DNA from: a virus
Reading direction: 5' to 3' (one strand)
IMG/VR virus record: IMGVR_UViG_3300049259_000288
Location: 1-64,000 of that record
Length of the DNA stretch: 64,000 nt
In this document: positions 44,001-53,298 of the stretch, piece by piece
How the letters are laid out: every line of letters begins with the position of its first letter
Position numbering within the stretch: position 1 is the first letter of the stretch
Notes under the pieces: model-generated
The model's input: only the letters and a program-made list of their open reading frames with translations
Told to the model about the DNA's origin: nothing
Databases searched by the model: none
Program-made: the position numbers and the translations under genes

Positions 44001-45466
44001 ACGAGGCCGTCGACGCCCAGGATGGTGTCGACAAGGCCGTCGCCGACGGCGGCGCCAACATCCTCAAGTCGGCGCAGCAGCTGGCGCAGAGCTACGCCGA
44101 TGGCGAGATCGCCTGGGATGCCTACATCGCGGCGCTCAAGTCCCAGATCGCGGCGCTCGGCACGAGTCCCGAGACCGCTGATGCCGTGGCCGCGCTGCAC
44201 CAGCAGGAGCGCCAGGCGCTGGTTGACCACACGAACGCGCTTGGTCAGCTTGCCAAGACCCAGGGCCAGGTCGCGCTCGGGTCCGATCCCACCGCGCATC
44301 AGCGGGCCCAGCAGCAGCGCCGTGATGCCGAGGTCGATCTCTACACGAAGCTGGCTCAGCCGCACAGCGACGACCAACGGAGACAGGCCGAGGCCGACTT
44401 CGCCGCGGCGATCCAGCAGGCGGACAAGGCCGATGCCGATGCTGCTGAGAACGCAGCCATCGCCCACCTGAACTTCCAGCTCGCGCAGACCGAGGACCCC
44501 CAGCAGCAGGCGCGGATCCGTCAGTCGATCGCTGCCCTCAAGGTCTCCTACGCCAATGCCGACGAGCTTGACGCCGCGAAGCAGGAGCAGGTCGAGGCGG
44601 CGCGCCAGGCCCGCGACGCCGATCGCGCCGTGCAGGACTCCCGGCACGACCTGGCCGAGGCCCAGGCGGGAAGCAACGATCAGCTGTTGGCCGTGATCGC
44701 CCAGGACCGCGCCAAGGACCAGGTCGAGCGCGCCCGCGGCGCCGGCACCGCTGCTCAGCTCGAGGCCATGGCAGCGAAGATCAGAGCCGACCGCCAGATG
44801 GAGGACTACATGGTCGACGCCGCGCGTGCGCGGCGCGAACTCGCCATTGCCGTCGCCGAGTCCGTCGGTGACGCTGCCAAGGTCGGCCAGCTGACCGTGG
44901 AGCAGGCCAATGAGGACCTGCGCATCATCAAGGAGAAGCAGTCCAAGGGCGAGGCCGACCAGGGCGATGTTGACCGCGCCACGGCCGCCAAGGTGAAGGC
45001 CGAGGCTGCCGAGAAGACGCGTGCGCGTAACGACCGGATCGGTGATCTTGAGTACCTCTTCGACTTCGACAAGATCACGGCGAACGAGCTCATCAACGGT
45101 CTCACCGCGGAACTGAACACCATCCCGGAGACCAACAAGGAAGCGCGTCGGGATATCGAGCGCCGCATCAAGCAGCTGCGCGACGACATGGGCAAGGACC
45201 TGAGCTTCAACCTGCCGACGACGATCCACCTCCCGTCGCTGCTCTACGAGACCCGCCGTCTCACCGCCGAGGGCCGCTTTGGAGCGTCGGGCATCGCCGC
45301 GCTCGGTGGCGCGCCGGCGGCGGGTTCGATGTCGACGTCGACCTACAACGACAACCGCACCCAGCAGATCATCATTCAGGGCGGCAACGCCGAAGAGGTC
45401 AAGCGCGGCGTCCTCGACGCGCTCGACGAGCGGCCGCGGCTCGGCACCTACGCGGGGGTCTACTGA
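41093..45466 (+). CDS. tape measure protein
   Basis: About 1457 aa, Ala-rich helical, central hydrophobic segment. Confidence 0.88.
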   Translation: MPPSNFQLVIEALLRTPNVRGFAGEFESTMARIRAQAAAGTTTPQRASKELRSSAAATEAAIQLEGQGGFLSSQEQDALRKHFRQLYANTVRETRTLLGKEVTLATQKQVETEARRQIGRSGSPIVPSLQTDPARNQPSLSPAITRIQRRLAEIALTDLDYIEERAKLVSALRRLRTAENAVAEALESPEVRGERESVRAEQARNRRAAALGVPERSVGRDANGQLRTETTADYEARLDAAKIHQANVKKIHTINTLTDEQKQLQAVANEDQAALNREIKERQLAERRARNGPAGFFRTALNIAHGRPGRTVDAADEQGPVQFLASRLLTTASYGASAALLYGFVNSAREATKQALELQRVTERLRAQFQALGQGDQFTGFRRSLLSIARDTGVAGSDVVEVGLQMKGAFGDTELAVRRTSEAIRAAQISGLPLAEVVDSLTAASISYGVSIDAISDKAIGIEQRFGVLAGASIKSFGDFASTAEEVGLNLNEVAGILGVINQRSGKGLGAITEGLSRVLPQVHDKFADILLLANQDPALRPSLPKLQEEVAGGQSGQVLLTLAGAWDHLGRSTRSTILTMLGASRNAQYLIPLFEGNAKLAEEAARANEDDGKAIAYQAAQHRTLSYELGRLREQFNQIAGSLGRLGLLQGFSALAGLAVGLATGIGTLVRILADLNDAANGIPSRLLAIAFAMAALTKAAAAGAAIRTVLSGYGIGIGGVGRSAAEGEELAAATGGRLAGAGRGALAATGLPAIGGAVGRGLGALGAGGAAEAIAGSTLAATGVGVLAVGAVAGGLYLLSKSQGERDRKEKAANAAAKRTIDSLIRTGRVANAELDKATSDFIKAEQGGPGGPEKLGPGEAYDRLAAGEQRHPSRDDKHKGILGAASRFLGRVGGLGNVFGNSDDSEDVGDEYNKALVEATEKRFKAAVGLGLLGKHATAPEHLSGKKLREAVAFLRGLSTKQKGKVDEAVDAQDGVDKAVADGGANILKSAQQLAQSYADGEIAWDAYIAALKSQIAALGTSPETADAVAALHQQERQALVDHTNALGQLAKTQGQVALGSDPTAHQRAQQQRRDAEVDLYTKLAQPHSDDQRRQAEADFAAAIQQADKADADAAENAAIAHLNFQLAQTEDPQQQARIRQSIAALKVSYANADELDAAKQEQVEAARQARDADRAVQDSRHDLAEAQAGSNDQLLAVIAQDRAKDQVERARGAGTAAQLEAMAAKIRADRQMEDYMVDAARARRELAIAVAESVGDAAKVGQLTVEQANEDLRIIKEKQSKGEADQGDVDRATAAKVKAEAAEKTRARNDRIGDLEYLFDFDKITANELINGLTAELNTIPETNKEARRDIERRIKQLRDDMGKDLSFNLPTTIHLPSLLYETRRLTAEGRFGASGIAALGGAPAAGSMSTSTYNDNRTQQIIIQGGNAEEVKRGVLDALDERPRLGTYAGVY

Positions 45467-45840
45467 TGGTTGTTCGATGGACCTTCTCGGACGGCAGCAC
45501 GACGTACACGTTCGAGATCAACCCCAACGAGGGCGGCTCACCAGCACGCAAGCGCGGTGTCGGATTCAGCGTGACGGCGGCACCCGACGGCGGCGTGCTC
45601 GTGTACGAGAAGCGATCCGATCCGCGCACGCTGTCGTTCTCGGGCGTCGTGCTCACCCAGGCGCACTACGACGCGCTCGACGAGTGGTCGGACAAGCACG
45701 AGCCGATCACCCTCACCGACGACCTCTCGCGGTCGTTCACCGTGATCCTCACGAGCTTCGAGCCAAGGCGCGTGCGCTCGGCGCTGTATCCCTGGAAGCA
45801 CACCTACACGTGTGAGGCAATCGTCCTCGCTGCAGCCTGA
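45466..45840 (+). CDS. distal tail-like protein
   Basis: Directly after the tape measure; YTFEINP. Confidence 0.6.
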   Translation: MVVRWTFSDGSTTYTFEINPNEGGSPARKRGVGFSVTAAPDGGVLVYEKRSDPRTLSFSGVVLTQAHYDALDEWSDKHEPITLTDDLSRSFTVILTSFEPRRVRSALYPWKHTYTCEAIVLAAA

Positions 45841-48149
45841 TGCGCACGATCCCGACGCCGATGCGAGAGCGGTGGGAGGCCGGCGGCCCGTTCGTCGGTG
45901 ACGCCGGTCGCCCGAACGGCTACGTGACCGTGCAGCCCGACTGGTCGTTGCACGAGACGAGCTCGGTCACCACCCCGATCACGAGCAAGTTGCCGTTCCG
46001 CTGGTTCCAGAACCTCGACAACGACCAGACGGAGATCGTCGTCCCGAACGTGCGCGCCATCGTGAAGGACCGGTCGCTCGACGCCGACTCCAACACGTGC
46101 GAGATCGTGATGGTCAACACGAGGATGGGCTCGAACGTCGGCAACCCCGGCGGGATCGGTCAACCGGGCTACTACTCGTGGGACTACGGCTCTCCGGCCG
46201 CCGCCGCCCGATGGGGCCAGGTCATCCACTCGTGGTCGAACGTGCTCATCCCCAACGCCCTGTTGCGGACCTACCAGGGGTACGGCGGCTGGGACGGCAA
46301 CGCGCAGATCCCGCTCGCGGATGCCATCGAGGCCGGGTACGTGGTGCTCACCGGGCTGTGGCTCATCGACGAGGTCACGCCCAGCACCAACGCGCTGCAG
46401 ACCATCAAGTGCCGGGACATGTTCAAGCTGCTGATCGAGCAGCCGATCTACGGCTACTTCGCCGGCATCATCCCGTACTTCCGGCCCGTGGGACACACCG
46501 AGGTCGCGTACCCGCTTGACTACCGGCGGTACTGGTACGAGGAGATCGTCAACCCCGCAGTCCCCGTCTACGACTTCACCGACCCCGTCGCCTCGGGGCC
46601 TGGCGGCGAAGGCCCGAAGTACATCACCGACGTCTCGATGTCCGCTGACGGCAAGGGCTACTGGCTCGTCGGCACCGACGGCGGTGTGTTCACGTTCGGC
46701 ACCAAGTTCTACGGGTCACGCGGCGGTGTCACCGACACCGACTCGATGGTGTCGATCGCCGCTGACCCGCGCAACCACGGCTACTGGCTGCTGTCCGAGG
46801 ACGGCGGCGTGTTCACCGAAGGCGATGTCGACTTCTTCGGTGCGGGCGCCGGCGGCGGAACGCCCAACTACCGGCGGATCCGTGCGCACCCGTCCGGTGA
46901 TGGGTACTGGACGGTCCGCAAGGACGGCACCGTCGAGGCGTTCGGCGCTGCCGTGCACCACGGCGACCATCCGGCGACGGCGTTCGACATCATCGACATC
47001 TGCCCTACCAAGTCTGGCAACGGCTACTGGTTGCTCGCGATCGACGGCGCCATCTACACCTACGGCGACGCGCTGTTCTACGGCCGTGCCGCGGCGAGCC
47101 TCGACATCTCCGTCGCGATGTGCGCGACACCCGACGGGAAGGGCTACTGGATTGTCAGTTGGAACGGCGTGCTCCGTGCCTACGGATCCGCGCCGACGCT
47201 CAGGCTCAACGGTGCCGATTACGCTGGCCATCTCAACGACCCGATGGTCGGCATCGCCGCCACCCCCACCGGTCACGGCGTCGTGCTCGCCGGCGGCGAC
47301 GGCGGCGTGTTCACCTACGGCGACGGCCCCTTCTACGGGTCGCTGCCAGCTGGGTTCACGTACTTCGTGCAGCACCCGGGGAACTATCTCGACTACCGAG
47401 ACATCGTGAAGGATCTGCTTCGGTGGGCGGGGTTCCTCGCCTACGGCGACGGCGGCGACAGCGTGTACGGCACGCTCGAGGCCACCGGGGCGTTCTCTGA
47501 CGACAAGCTGCCGAAGGAGATGTTCGACAAGGTCCCGGTGATCGACGCTCTCAAGAAGATCAAGGAAGTCGTCGGCTACAACCTGTGGTGCGGCGACGAA
47601 GGCGAGGCGCGGTTCCAGCAGCCGAACTGGTATGCGCTCGGCAATCTGATCGAGGACAACTCACGTGTCGAGGACGTCCCCGAGATCGACGAGCGGATCC
47701 AGCTCGTCGACTACAGCGTGCCCTACAACGACAAGAGCACGCGCTCGTCGATCATCGTCGCGAGCGTCGATCCCACCGCCGGTCTTGACGCCATCGTGTC
47801 CACTGAGGCACCGCTGACGTCACCGCTGCTGCGCGGCATGAAGCGGCCCATGATGATCGTCAACGGCAACCTCACGAACATCTACGAGCAGTGGCGGATG
47901 ATCGATCTCATCAAGCGGCACCTTGAGTTCGCGTACCGTCCGGGTAGCGCGACCTGCTGGGCGACACCGATGATCCAGCTGAACGACCAGGTTCGCATCT
48001 ACGAGCGGCAGACAGCGGAGACGGCCATCCACTATGTGCGCGGCATCCACGACGAGATGGTGCTCGATTCGAGTGGTGAAGCGTCCTGGATGATGTCGGT
48101 GACAACGATCTGGTTGGGAGAGGCTGATGACTTCGTTCTCACAGAGTGA
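45840..48149 (+). CDS. tail hub protein with inserted GYWL..DGGVFTFG repeats
   Basis: Position; about 6 tandem repeats; IQLNDQVRI C-terminus. Confidence 0.7.
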   Translation: MRTIPTPMRERWEAGGPFVGDAGRPNGYVTVQPDWSLHETSSVTTPITSKLPFRWFQNLDNDQTEIVVPNVRAIVKDRSLDADSNTCEIVMVNTRMGSNVGNPGGIGQPGYYSWDYGSPAAAARWGQVIHSWSNVLIPNALLRTYQGYGGWDGNAQIPLADAIEAGYVVLTGLWLIDEVTPSTNALQTIKCRDMFKLLIEQPIYGYFAGIIPYFRPVGHTEVAYPLDYRRYWYEEIVNPAVPVYDFTDPVASGPGGEGPKYITDVSMSADGKGYWLVGTDGGVFTFGTKFYGSRGGVTDTDSMVSIAADPRNHGYWLLSEDGGVFTEGDVDFFGAGAGGGTPNYRRIRAHPSGDGYWTVRKDGTVEAFGAAVHHGDHPATAFDIIDICPTKSGNGYWLLAIDGAIYTYGDALFYGRAAASLDISVAMCATPDGKGYWIVSWNGVLRAYGSAPTLRLNGADYAGHLNDPMVGIAATPTGHGVVLAGGDGGVFTYGDGPFYGSLPAGFTYFVQHPGNYLDYRDIVKDLLRWAGFLAYGDGGDSVYGTLEATGAFSDDKLPKEMFDKVPVIDALKKIKEVVGYNLWCGDEGEARFQQPNWYALGNLIEDNSRVEDVPEIDERIQLVDYSVPYNDKSTRSSIIVASVDPTAGLDAIVSTEAPLTSPLLRGMKRPMMIVNGNLTNIYEQWRMIDLIKRHLEFAYRPGSATCWATPMIQLNDQVRIYERQTAETAIHYVRGIHDEMVLDSSGEASWMMSVTTIWLGEADDFVLTE

Positions 48150-48348
48150 CGACGAGCCGGTCGACCCGCGACGCCTGCCGCTCACGCCGATCACTGGCCG
48201 TTCACGCAGGCTGCTGCTGACCCAGCTCGACAAGAGCGACAGCGAGGTCGTCGTCATGCGGCCGCACATGATGCGCAGCATCCCCACGATCATCGAGCCG
48301 GAGGAGGATACCGATGCCACAGCCAGGCCCGGCGATCCGCCCGTTTGA
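48127..48348 (+). CDS. hypothetical protein
   Basis: GGGAGAGG RBS; overlaps neighbours. Confidence 0.45.
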   Translation: MTSFSQSDDEPVDPRRLPLTPITGRSRRLLLTQLDKSDSEVVVMRPHMMRSIPTIIEPEEDTDATARPGDPPV

Positions 48349-48703
48349 GGTTCGTCGTGAGCAGATCGACCGTGTTGAGGCACTCGCGGGTGGCGTGTTC
48401 CGGTACTGCACGTCCTTCGCCGTGCATGGCGCTGGCGAAGCTGCCGTTGATATCAACTTCCCCGTGAAGTTCTCCGAGTTGCCGAACGTCAGCGACGGCA
48501 CGAGCCTCAAAGCCGGCTCCGTCGTCGAGGAAGGCAACATGCCACACGGCCACGCCTGCGTTCTCGAGTGGCAGTTCGACGGGGCCGACGCGTACATCGG
48601 CGCGACGGTCGGGCTTGTCATGTACGGCTCCGACGACCAGGACGCCCTCATCCACCTCGGCGTCGAAGGCAAGGCGCTGCAGGCGCCGTTCCCGACGTCG
48701 TAG
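48314..48703 (+). CDS. minor tail protein
   Basis: GGAGGAGG RBS; position. Confidence 0.55.
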   Translation: MPQPGPAIRPFEVRREQIDRVEALAGGVFRYCTSFAVHGAGEAAVDINFPVKFSELPNVSDGTSLKAGSVVEEGNMPHGHACVLEWQFDGADAYIGATVGLVMYGSDDQDALIHLGVEGKALQAPFPTS

Positions 48704-51700
48704 TGGCCGCCTGGGCTCCCATCGCCGACCTTCCCGAAGTCGGCGACACGTGGTCGGTGTGCGCGCACGCCGGCAAGGTGTACCTCACCCTCGGGCGGAC
48801 GCCCACCTACGGCGCCGGCTACCCGTGGATCCTTGAGTACGACCCGGTCGCGGACACCTACACCCAGAAGGCGGAGTGCCCGCACCCGTGCAGCTACGGA
48901 AGCTTCGCGTACTGGGACGGGGTGTTCTACCTGATCGGCGGCGACGACGTCGACGACAACAGCACCCGCGTGCTCGGGTACGACATCGCCACCGACACCT
49001 GGTTCGAGTGTGCTGCGCTGCCGTACAAGTCCGAGGACGGCGCGGCGATCGCGATCGCCGGCGGGGCAGGCGGCAAGATCGTCGTCACCGGCGGCTACGA
49101 CGACACGACCCTGCACGGCCACACCCAGGTCTACGACATCGCCACCGACACGTGGTCGGTTGGCACCGACTGGCCTGGCGTCATCGGCTATCACGCCATG
49201 GTCCCCGGCGCCACCAGCGGCACGGTGCAGACCATCGGCGGCTACGGGAACCTCACCGGCCCCGACGACCCGCGCGACGACATGATCGTCGTCTACGAGT
49301 ACACGCTCGCCACGAGCACATGGGCGCACGTCGGCGACGTCTCCCTCCCGATCGACGGGCCCGCGTTTACCCAGGTCGGCACCGACGCGTATCTGGTGTC
49401 CGGCACCTACATCCCCGATGCTGACTACGTGCCGACCGTGCAGGTGTGGGGCATCGCGTCGCACGCACCGCAGCACGACACCGACTACCCGTCCGGCATC
49501 TGGGCAGCAGCAGCAACGGCGATCGGCACGACGATCTTCGTGTTCGGCGGCTACGCCACCGGGCCTGGCGAGACAGCCGGCGCGTACAAGCTCGCCACCG
49601 ACCCGCAACCCGGCTGGCCGAGTTCACCGGTGCCGTCCGAGACCCCCGGCGACTCCGCCTACCGGCCGCTCCTCATCCCCGACCCCGGCGGGTCGTCCGA
49701 CGTCAGCGGAACGCTCGACGCCACGACGGTCGGCGCGACGTCGAGGGGCTACGACCCGTACGCGACCTTCGGCTACGGGTCGAGCATCTGGATCAAGTTC
49801 CCGCGGCTGCCAGAAGGAGCGTTCGTTCACGTCACCGTGCACGGCGGCGCGTTTGGTGCGAGCTGGTTCGCGGCCCTCTACCGCGTCACTCCCGGCAACT
49901 TCTTCGGGAGCAGCAGCGGCGGCAACCAGCTCGCCGGCGCGACCGTTGAGCTCGACAACACGTTCATCCCGAGCGACGGGACCTACGACTACTTGCTCGT
50001 CGTCGTCTCGCAGACCACCGACGAGCACGCGTTCACCGTCGACTGGCGCCACGCCATCCCGCTGTCGGCACCGCACAACGACGGCAAGTACAGCCTCGCC
50101 GTGCCCGAACGACGAAAGCGGCACCCGTGGTACACCAAGCCGCGCTGGGCGCAAGGCAGAGGCACGTCGAGCTACCCGACGTATCCGGGAAACCCGAACG
50201 CGTACGACGTCACCATGCGGCCCGCCCCCTATGGACCAAACGACGCGATGATCATCACGAACGAGCACATCGGAGCCGGCGTCCGCCACGTGCACTTCAC
50301 CGCTGACGCCGTGACGGTCGGTCCGCCGACGCTGCTGCGTCCTGTCACCGATGACGGTGGCGGTATCTATCACTCCGACTTCCTCGGCAACGATGGCATC
50401 GCCGCGATGATCACGAACCGCATCGAAGGCGAACCCGAGTTCTGGATCTACGGGCTTGATGCCGCCACCCAAGCGTTCGACGTCGCGCCGGGACCGGTCG
50501 GCCTCTACAACTCGAACGCCATTTGGACGGTGCGCCTCTCAGCGACGCGCGGCTTGTTCTTCTGTGACGCCAGCCAGACGGGGATCGGGCCGTACATCTC
50601 CTCGGGCATCATCGGCATTGTCGACTTCGACGGCGTCACCCCCACGATCACGTCCATCAGTCTCGACGAAGCTCTCGGCAGCCCCACCCCGAGCACGCAG
50701 TCCACGTCGGTGTTCACGTTCACGTGGGCGACCCGGCTCACCGACACGACGGCGCTCGTGCTGTTCCGCTACTACGAGTACACGGGGCCTGACTTCCCGT
50801 TCTACACCGAGCGCCGCCGCGCCGGGGTGCTCACCATCTCCGGTTCGACCGCGACGTTCGGGCCGCTCACCGAGCTCGACCCCATCGAGAACATCGACCC
50901 CGAGAACTGGGGAATCGGGTACTACGGCCTGTTCAACTCGTTCCGGTCAGCGACACCCGGCCGTGTCGACGCGCCCGTCCGCCACTTCGACGACTCGATC
51001 GACCTCGCCGTGTTCACCATCGCGGGCGGCGCCGTCTCCATCAGCTTCGAGCCTGTACCAATCCACCCGTTCATCATCATCGGATGGCCGATGGACTTGG
51101 GCGGAGGACTGGGCTGGGCGCTCGTCGACCCCCGGTCGTCCATCCCGAACACACTTCTCGCGCCCGTGTCTCGGTTCTCGCAGAGCGGAGTCCGCTACCC
51201 GCTGCAATCCGTCGAGGACCCCGACGTCTCCATCGACATCGAGAACGCGATCCTGATCGGCGGCTCCCCCTACGGCGACAACAACAGCGAGTATTCGCTC
51301 AACCCCGTCTACATGGTCCGGCCGACCCTCGTCGGCGACCTCGTCCTCAACACCAACTTCGGGACGGACGTCGTCACCTGCATCCAGATCCCGCCGGAAC
51401 CAGCGGGGCCGCGCGACGCGCAGCACGCCACCATCATCGAAGTCGACCCGACCATCCCCGACCCTTCCGGCTTCGCGATGGCCGCCTACACGCCGATCTA
51501 CGAGTTCACCGGCGAAGCAGACAGCGGCCCCGCGTTGTTCATGGGCGACGCGCACCGTTCCGACCATGACGCCTGGCGCGCCCTCGACGGGTCCACGCTC
51601 CCGGTCCTGTTTCACGAGGGCTACCGCACCGTCGACTTCCTCGGCGTGCCGCCGTACATCCCGGACCAGGATCTTGACATTCGCGTCCGGTGGGTCGGCA

Positions 51701-53298
51701 CCGGCGCGCCGGCGGTCATCGGCGTGGAAAGACCCGCCGACACCTACTTCGTTGACGCTGGCGACGTCACCACGTTCGTTGCGCACTGCATGTTCCTGCT
51801 GTCGTGGGCGTTCGACGGCACCGACCAGCCGGTGCGTGAGGCGCGCGCATCGATCACGTTCGCCAACAGTTTCAACGAGGACATCACCACCGTGCACGGG
51901 CCGTGGCTTGTCCTTCCGTTCTTCGACGCCGGGTTCCGACCGATCAAGGTGAAGGCCGCCGCCCCTACTGGCACGGTCACGGCCGGGTTCACCGTCGAGA
52001 TGCGCCACGGCGACGGCACACCGTTCACCTCGACCGATGACCAGCTCGTTGTGAGCTCCCCCGACTTCTGGGTGGGCGCCGACAAGCTCGTCGACTTCGG
52101 CGACAACGGCCTCGTCAAGCTCGGCGACGCGCTCATCGCCGCAGGACCATCCGCCCCGGGCGGGCCGACGCAGATGCACGTGCTCGGCGGCGACGCTTTC
52201 GGCCCACGCGCCGATCACCACGCGCTCACCGCGGGTGTGGACGACGGCACCATCTGGGCCGCGGCGTGGCTCGGCGCGCCGACCTACGAGTACCGGATCC
52301 GCCAGTACAGCCATCTCGGCGCGCTGCTCCGCGACTTCCCGTCGCCGCACGGGATGCCGGTGCAGTTGGCGCCCACCGACGGCTGGCTCTACTACACGGT
52401 CGGCACCATGAACGTGTACGGCATCCACCTCGCTACCGGCACCGACGTCATCGTCATCGACAGCGCCTACAACCACGACCACCTCGACAACGACAACATC
52501 GCCGGCCTCGCCGTGCTCAAGCAGCCCACAGGTGACGCGCCTGCGCCGGACGACCCGGCGATGCCGCTCCTCCCCGACGGCATCAGGCTTCTCACCGGAC
52601 GGCAAGACACCTTCCACATCACCGAACCCGGCGTCGACACGACACCCGCCGACATCCTCCGCTTCGCCGCCAGCGCCATGGTCCCCGGCACCGTGCACGC
52701 GGAGTCGGAGCGGTCGTTCGTGTACCTCGCGCGCGGCAGCCTCAGCGGCTACGACCACGGCATCGCCCGCATGTGGACTGACGGCATCACCTGGATGGAG
52801 GACCCCGTCGTCACGTTCCTCACCCCAGCGCGCGGAGCCGCCGTCGCGCTCGTCCCATCGCGGGTCGTGCACGTCCTCGCGGCGCAGGGTGTGACCGCGA
52901 CGTTGCACCGCGGCCGGCAGGTCAAGACCGCGAACGTCAACGTCGGCCGGATGCGACCCAACCATCGCGTGTCGACCGGCGGCGACCTCGTGCGCGTCGC
53001 GTGGGAGGTCACCGGCCGCGTCTACGAGAACGGTCCCGACGCGACGCCGATCGACATCACTGGGCATCTCGTCAAGGCGGTCCTCACTGCCGACATTGCC
53101 GGTACCACGGACACGACGATCACCGTGACGCGCGACGGCACCACCGTCGGCACGGCGATGCTTCCTGCCGGTGAGACCGAATGGGAGACGCCGTTCGGCA
53201 CGATCACCTGGGCGTCCGGGCAGGATGTCGACTTCACCCTCGCTCCCGGCATGGGACTCGAGGGGCTCATCGTCGAGCTCGACTGGTCGTGGTCATGA
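48703..53298 (+). CDS. large minor tail/receptor-binding protein with N-terminal Kelch propeller
   Basis: YLxxG/IGG/GG...YD..TDTW repeats. Confidence 0.7.
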   Translation: MAAWAPIADLPEVGDTWSVCAHAGKVYLTLGRTPTYGAGYPWILEYDPVADTYTQKAECPHPCSYGSFAYWDGVFYLIGGDDVDDNSTRVLGYDIATDTWFECAALPYKSEDGAAIAIAGGAGGKIVVTGGYDDTTLHGHTQVYDIATDTWSVGTDWPGVIGYHAMVPGATSGTVQTIGGYGNLTGPDDPRDDMIVVYEYTLATSTWAHVGDVSLPIDGPAFTQVGTDAYLVSGTYIPDADYVPTVQVWGIASHAPQHDTDYPSGIWAAAATAIGTTIFVFGGYATGPGETAGAYKLATDPQPGWPSSPVPSETPGDSAYRPLLIPDPGGSSDVSGTLDATTVGATSRGYDPYATFGYGSSIWIKFPRLPEGAFVHVTVHGGAFGASWFAALYRVTPGNFFGSSSGGNQLAGATVELDNTFIPSDGTYDYLLVVVSQTTDEHAFTVDWRHAIPLSAPHNDGKYSLAVPERRKRHPWYTKPRWAQGRGTSSYPTYPGNPNAYDVTMRPAPYGPNDAMIITNEHIGAGVRHVHFTADAVTVGPPTLLRPVTDDGGGIYHSDFLGNDGIAAMITNRIEGEPEFWIYGLDAATQAFDVAPGPVGLYNSNAIWTVRLSATRGLFFCDASQTGIGPYISSGIIGIVDFDGVTPTITSISLDEALGSPTPSTQSTSVFTFTWATRLTDTTALVLFRYYEYTGPDFPFYTERRRAGVLTISGSTATFGPLTELDPIENIDPENWGIGYYGLFNSFRSATPGRVDAPVRHFDDSIDLAVFTIAGGAVSISFEPVPIHPFIIIGWPMDLGGGLGWALVDPRSSIPNTLLAPVSRFSQSGVRYPLQSVEDPDVSIDIENAILIGGSPYGDNNSEYSLNPVYMVRPTLVGDLVLNTNFGTDVVTCIQIPPEPAGPRDAQHATIIEVDPTIPDPSGFAMAAYTPIYEFTGEADSGPALFMGDAHRSDHDAWRALDGSTLPVLFHEGYRTVDFLGVPPYIPDQDLDIRVRWVGTGAPAVIGVERPADTYFVDAGDVTTFVAHCMFLLSWAFDGTDQPVREARASITFANSFNEDITTVHGPWLVLPFFDAGFRPIKVKAAAPTGTVTAGFTVEMRHGDGTPFTSTDDQLVVSSPDFWVGADKLVDFGDNGLVKLGDALIAAGPSAPGGPTQMHVLGGDAFGPRADHHALTAGVDDGTIWAAAWLGAPTYEYRIRQYSHLGALLRDFPSPHGMPVQLAPTDGWLYYTVGTMNVYGIHLATGTDVIVIDSAYNHDHLDNDNIAGLAVLKQPTGDAPAPDDPAMPLLPDGIRLLTGRQDTFHITEPGVDTTPADILRFAASAMVPGTVHAESERSFVYLARGSLSGYDHGIARMWTDGITWMEDPVVTFLTPARGAAVALVPSRVVHVLAAQGVTATLHRGRQVKTANVNVGRMRPNHRVSTGGDLVRVAWEVTGRVYENGPDATPIDITGHLVKAVLTADIAGTTDTTITVTRDGTTVGTAMLPAGETEWETPFGTITWASGQDVDFTLAPGMGLEGLIVELDWSWS

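Noticed and set aside
41381-45229. Long antisense ORFs (also 11288-13183, 28022-30124, 29649-32222, 50947-53067)
   Set aside because: Shadow frames expected from high-GC codon bias opposite real genes
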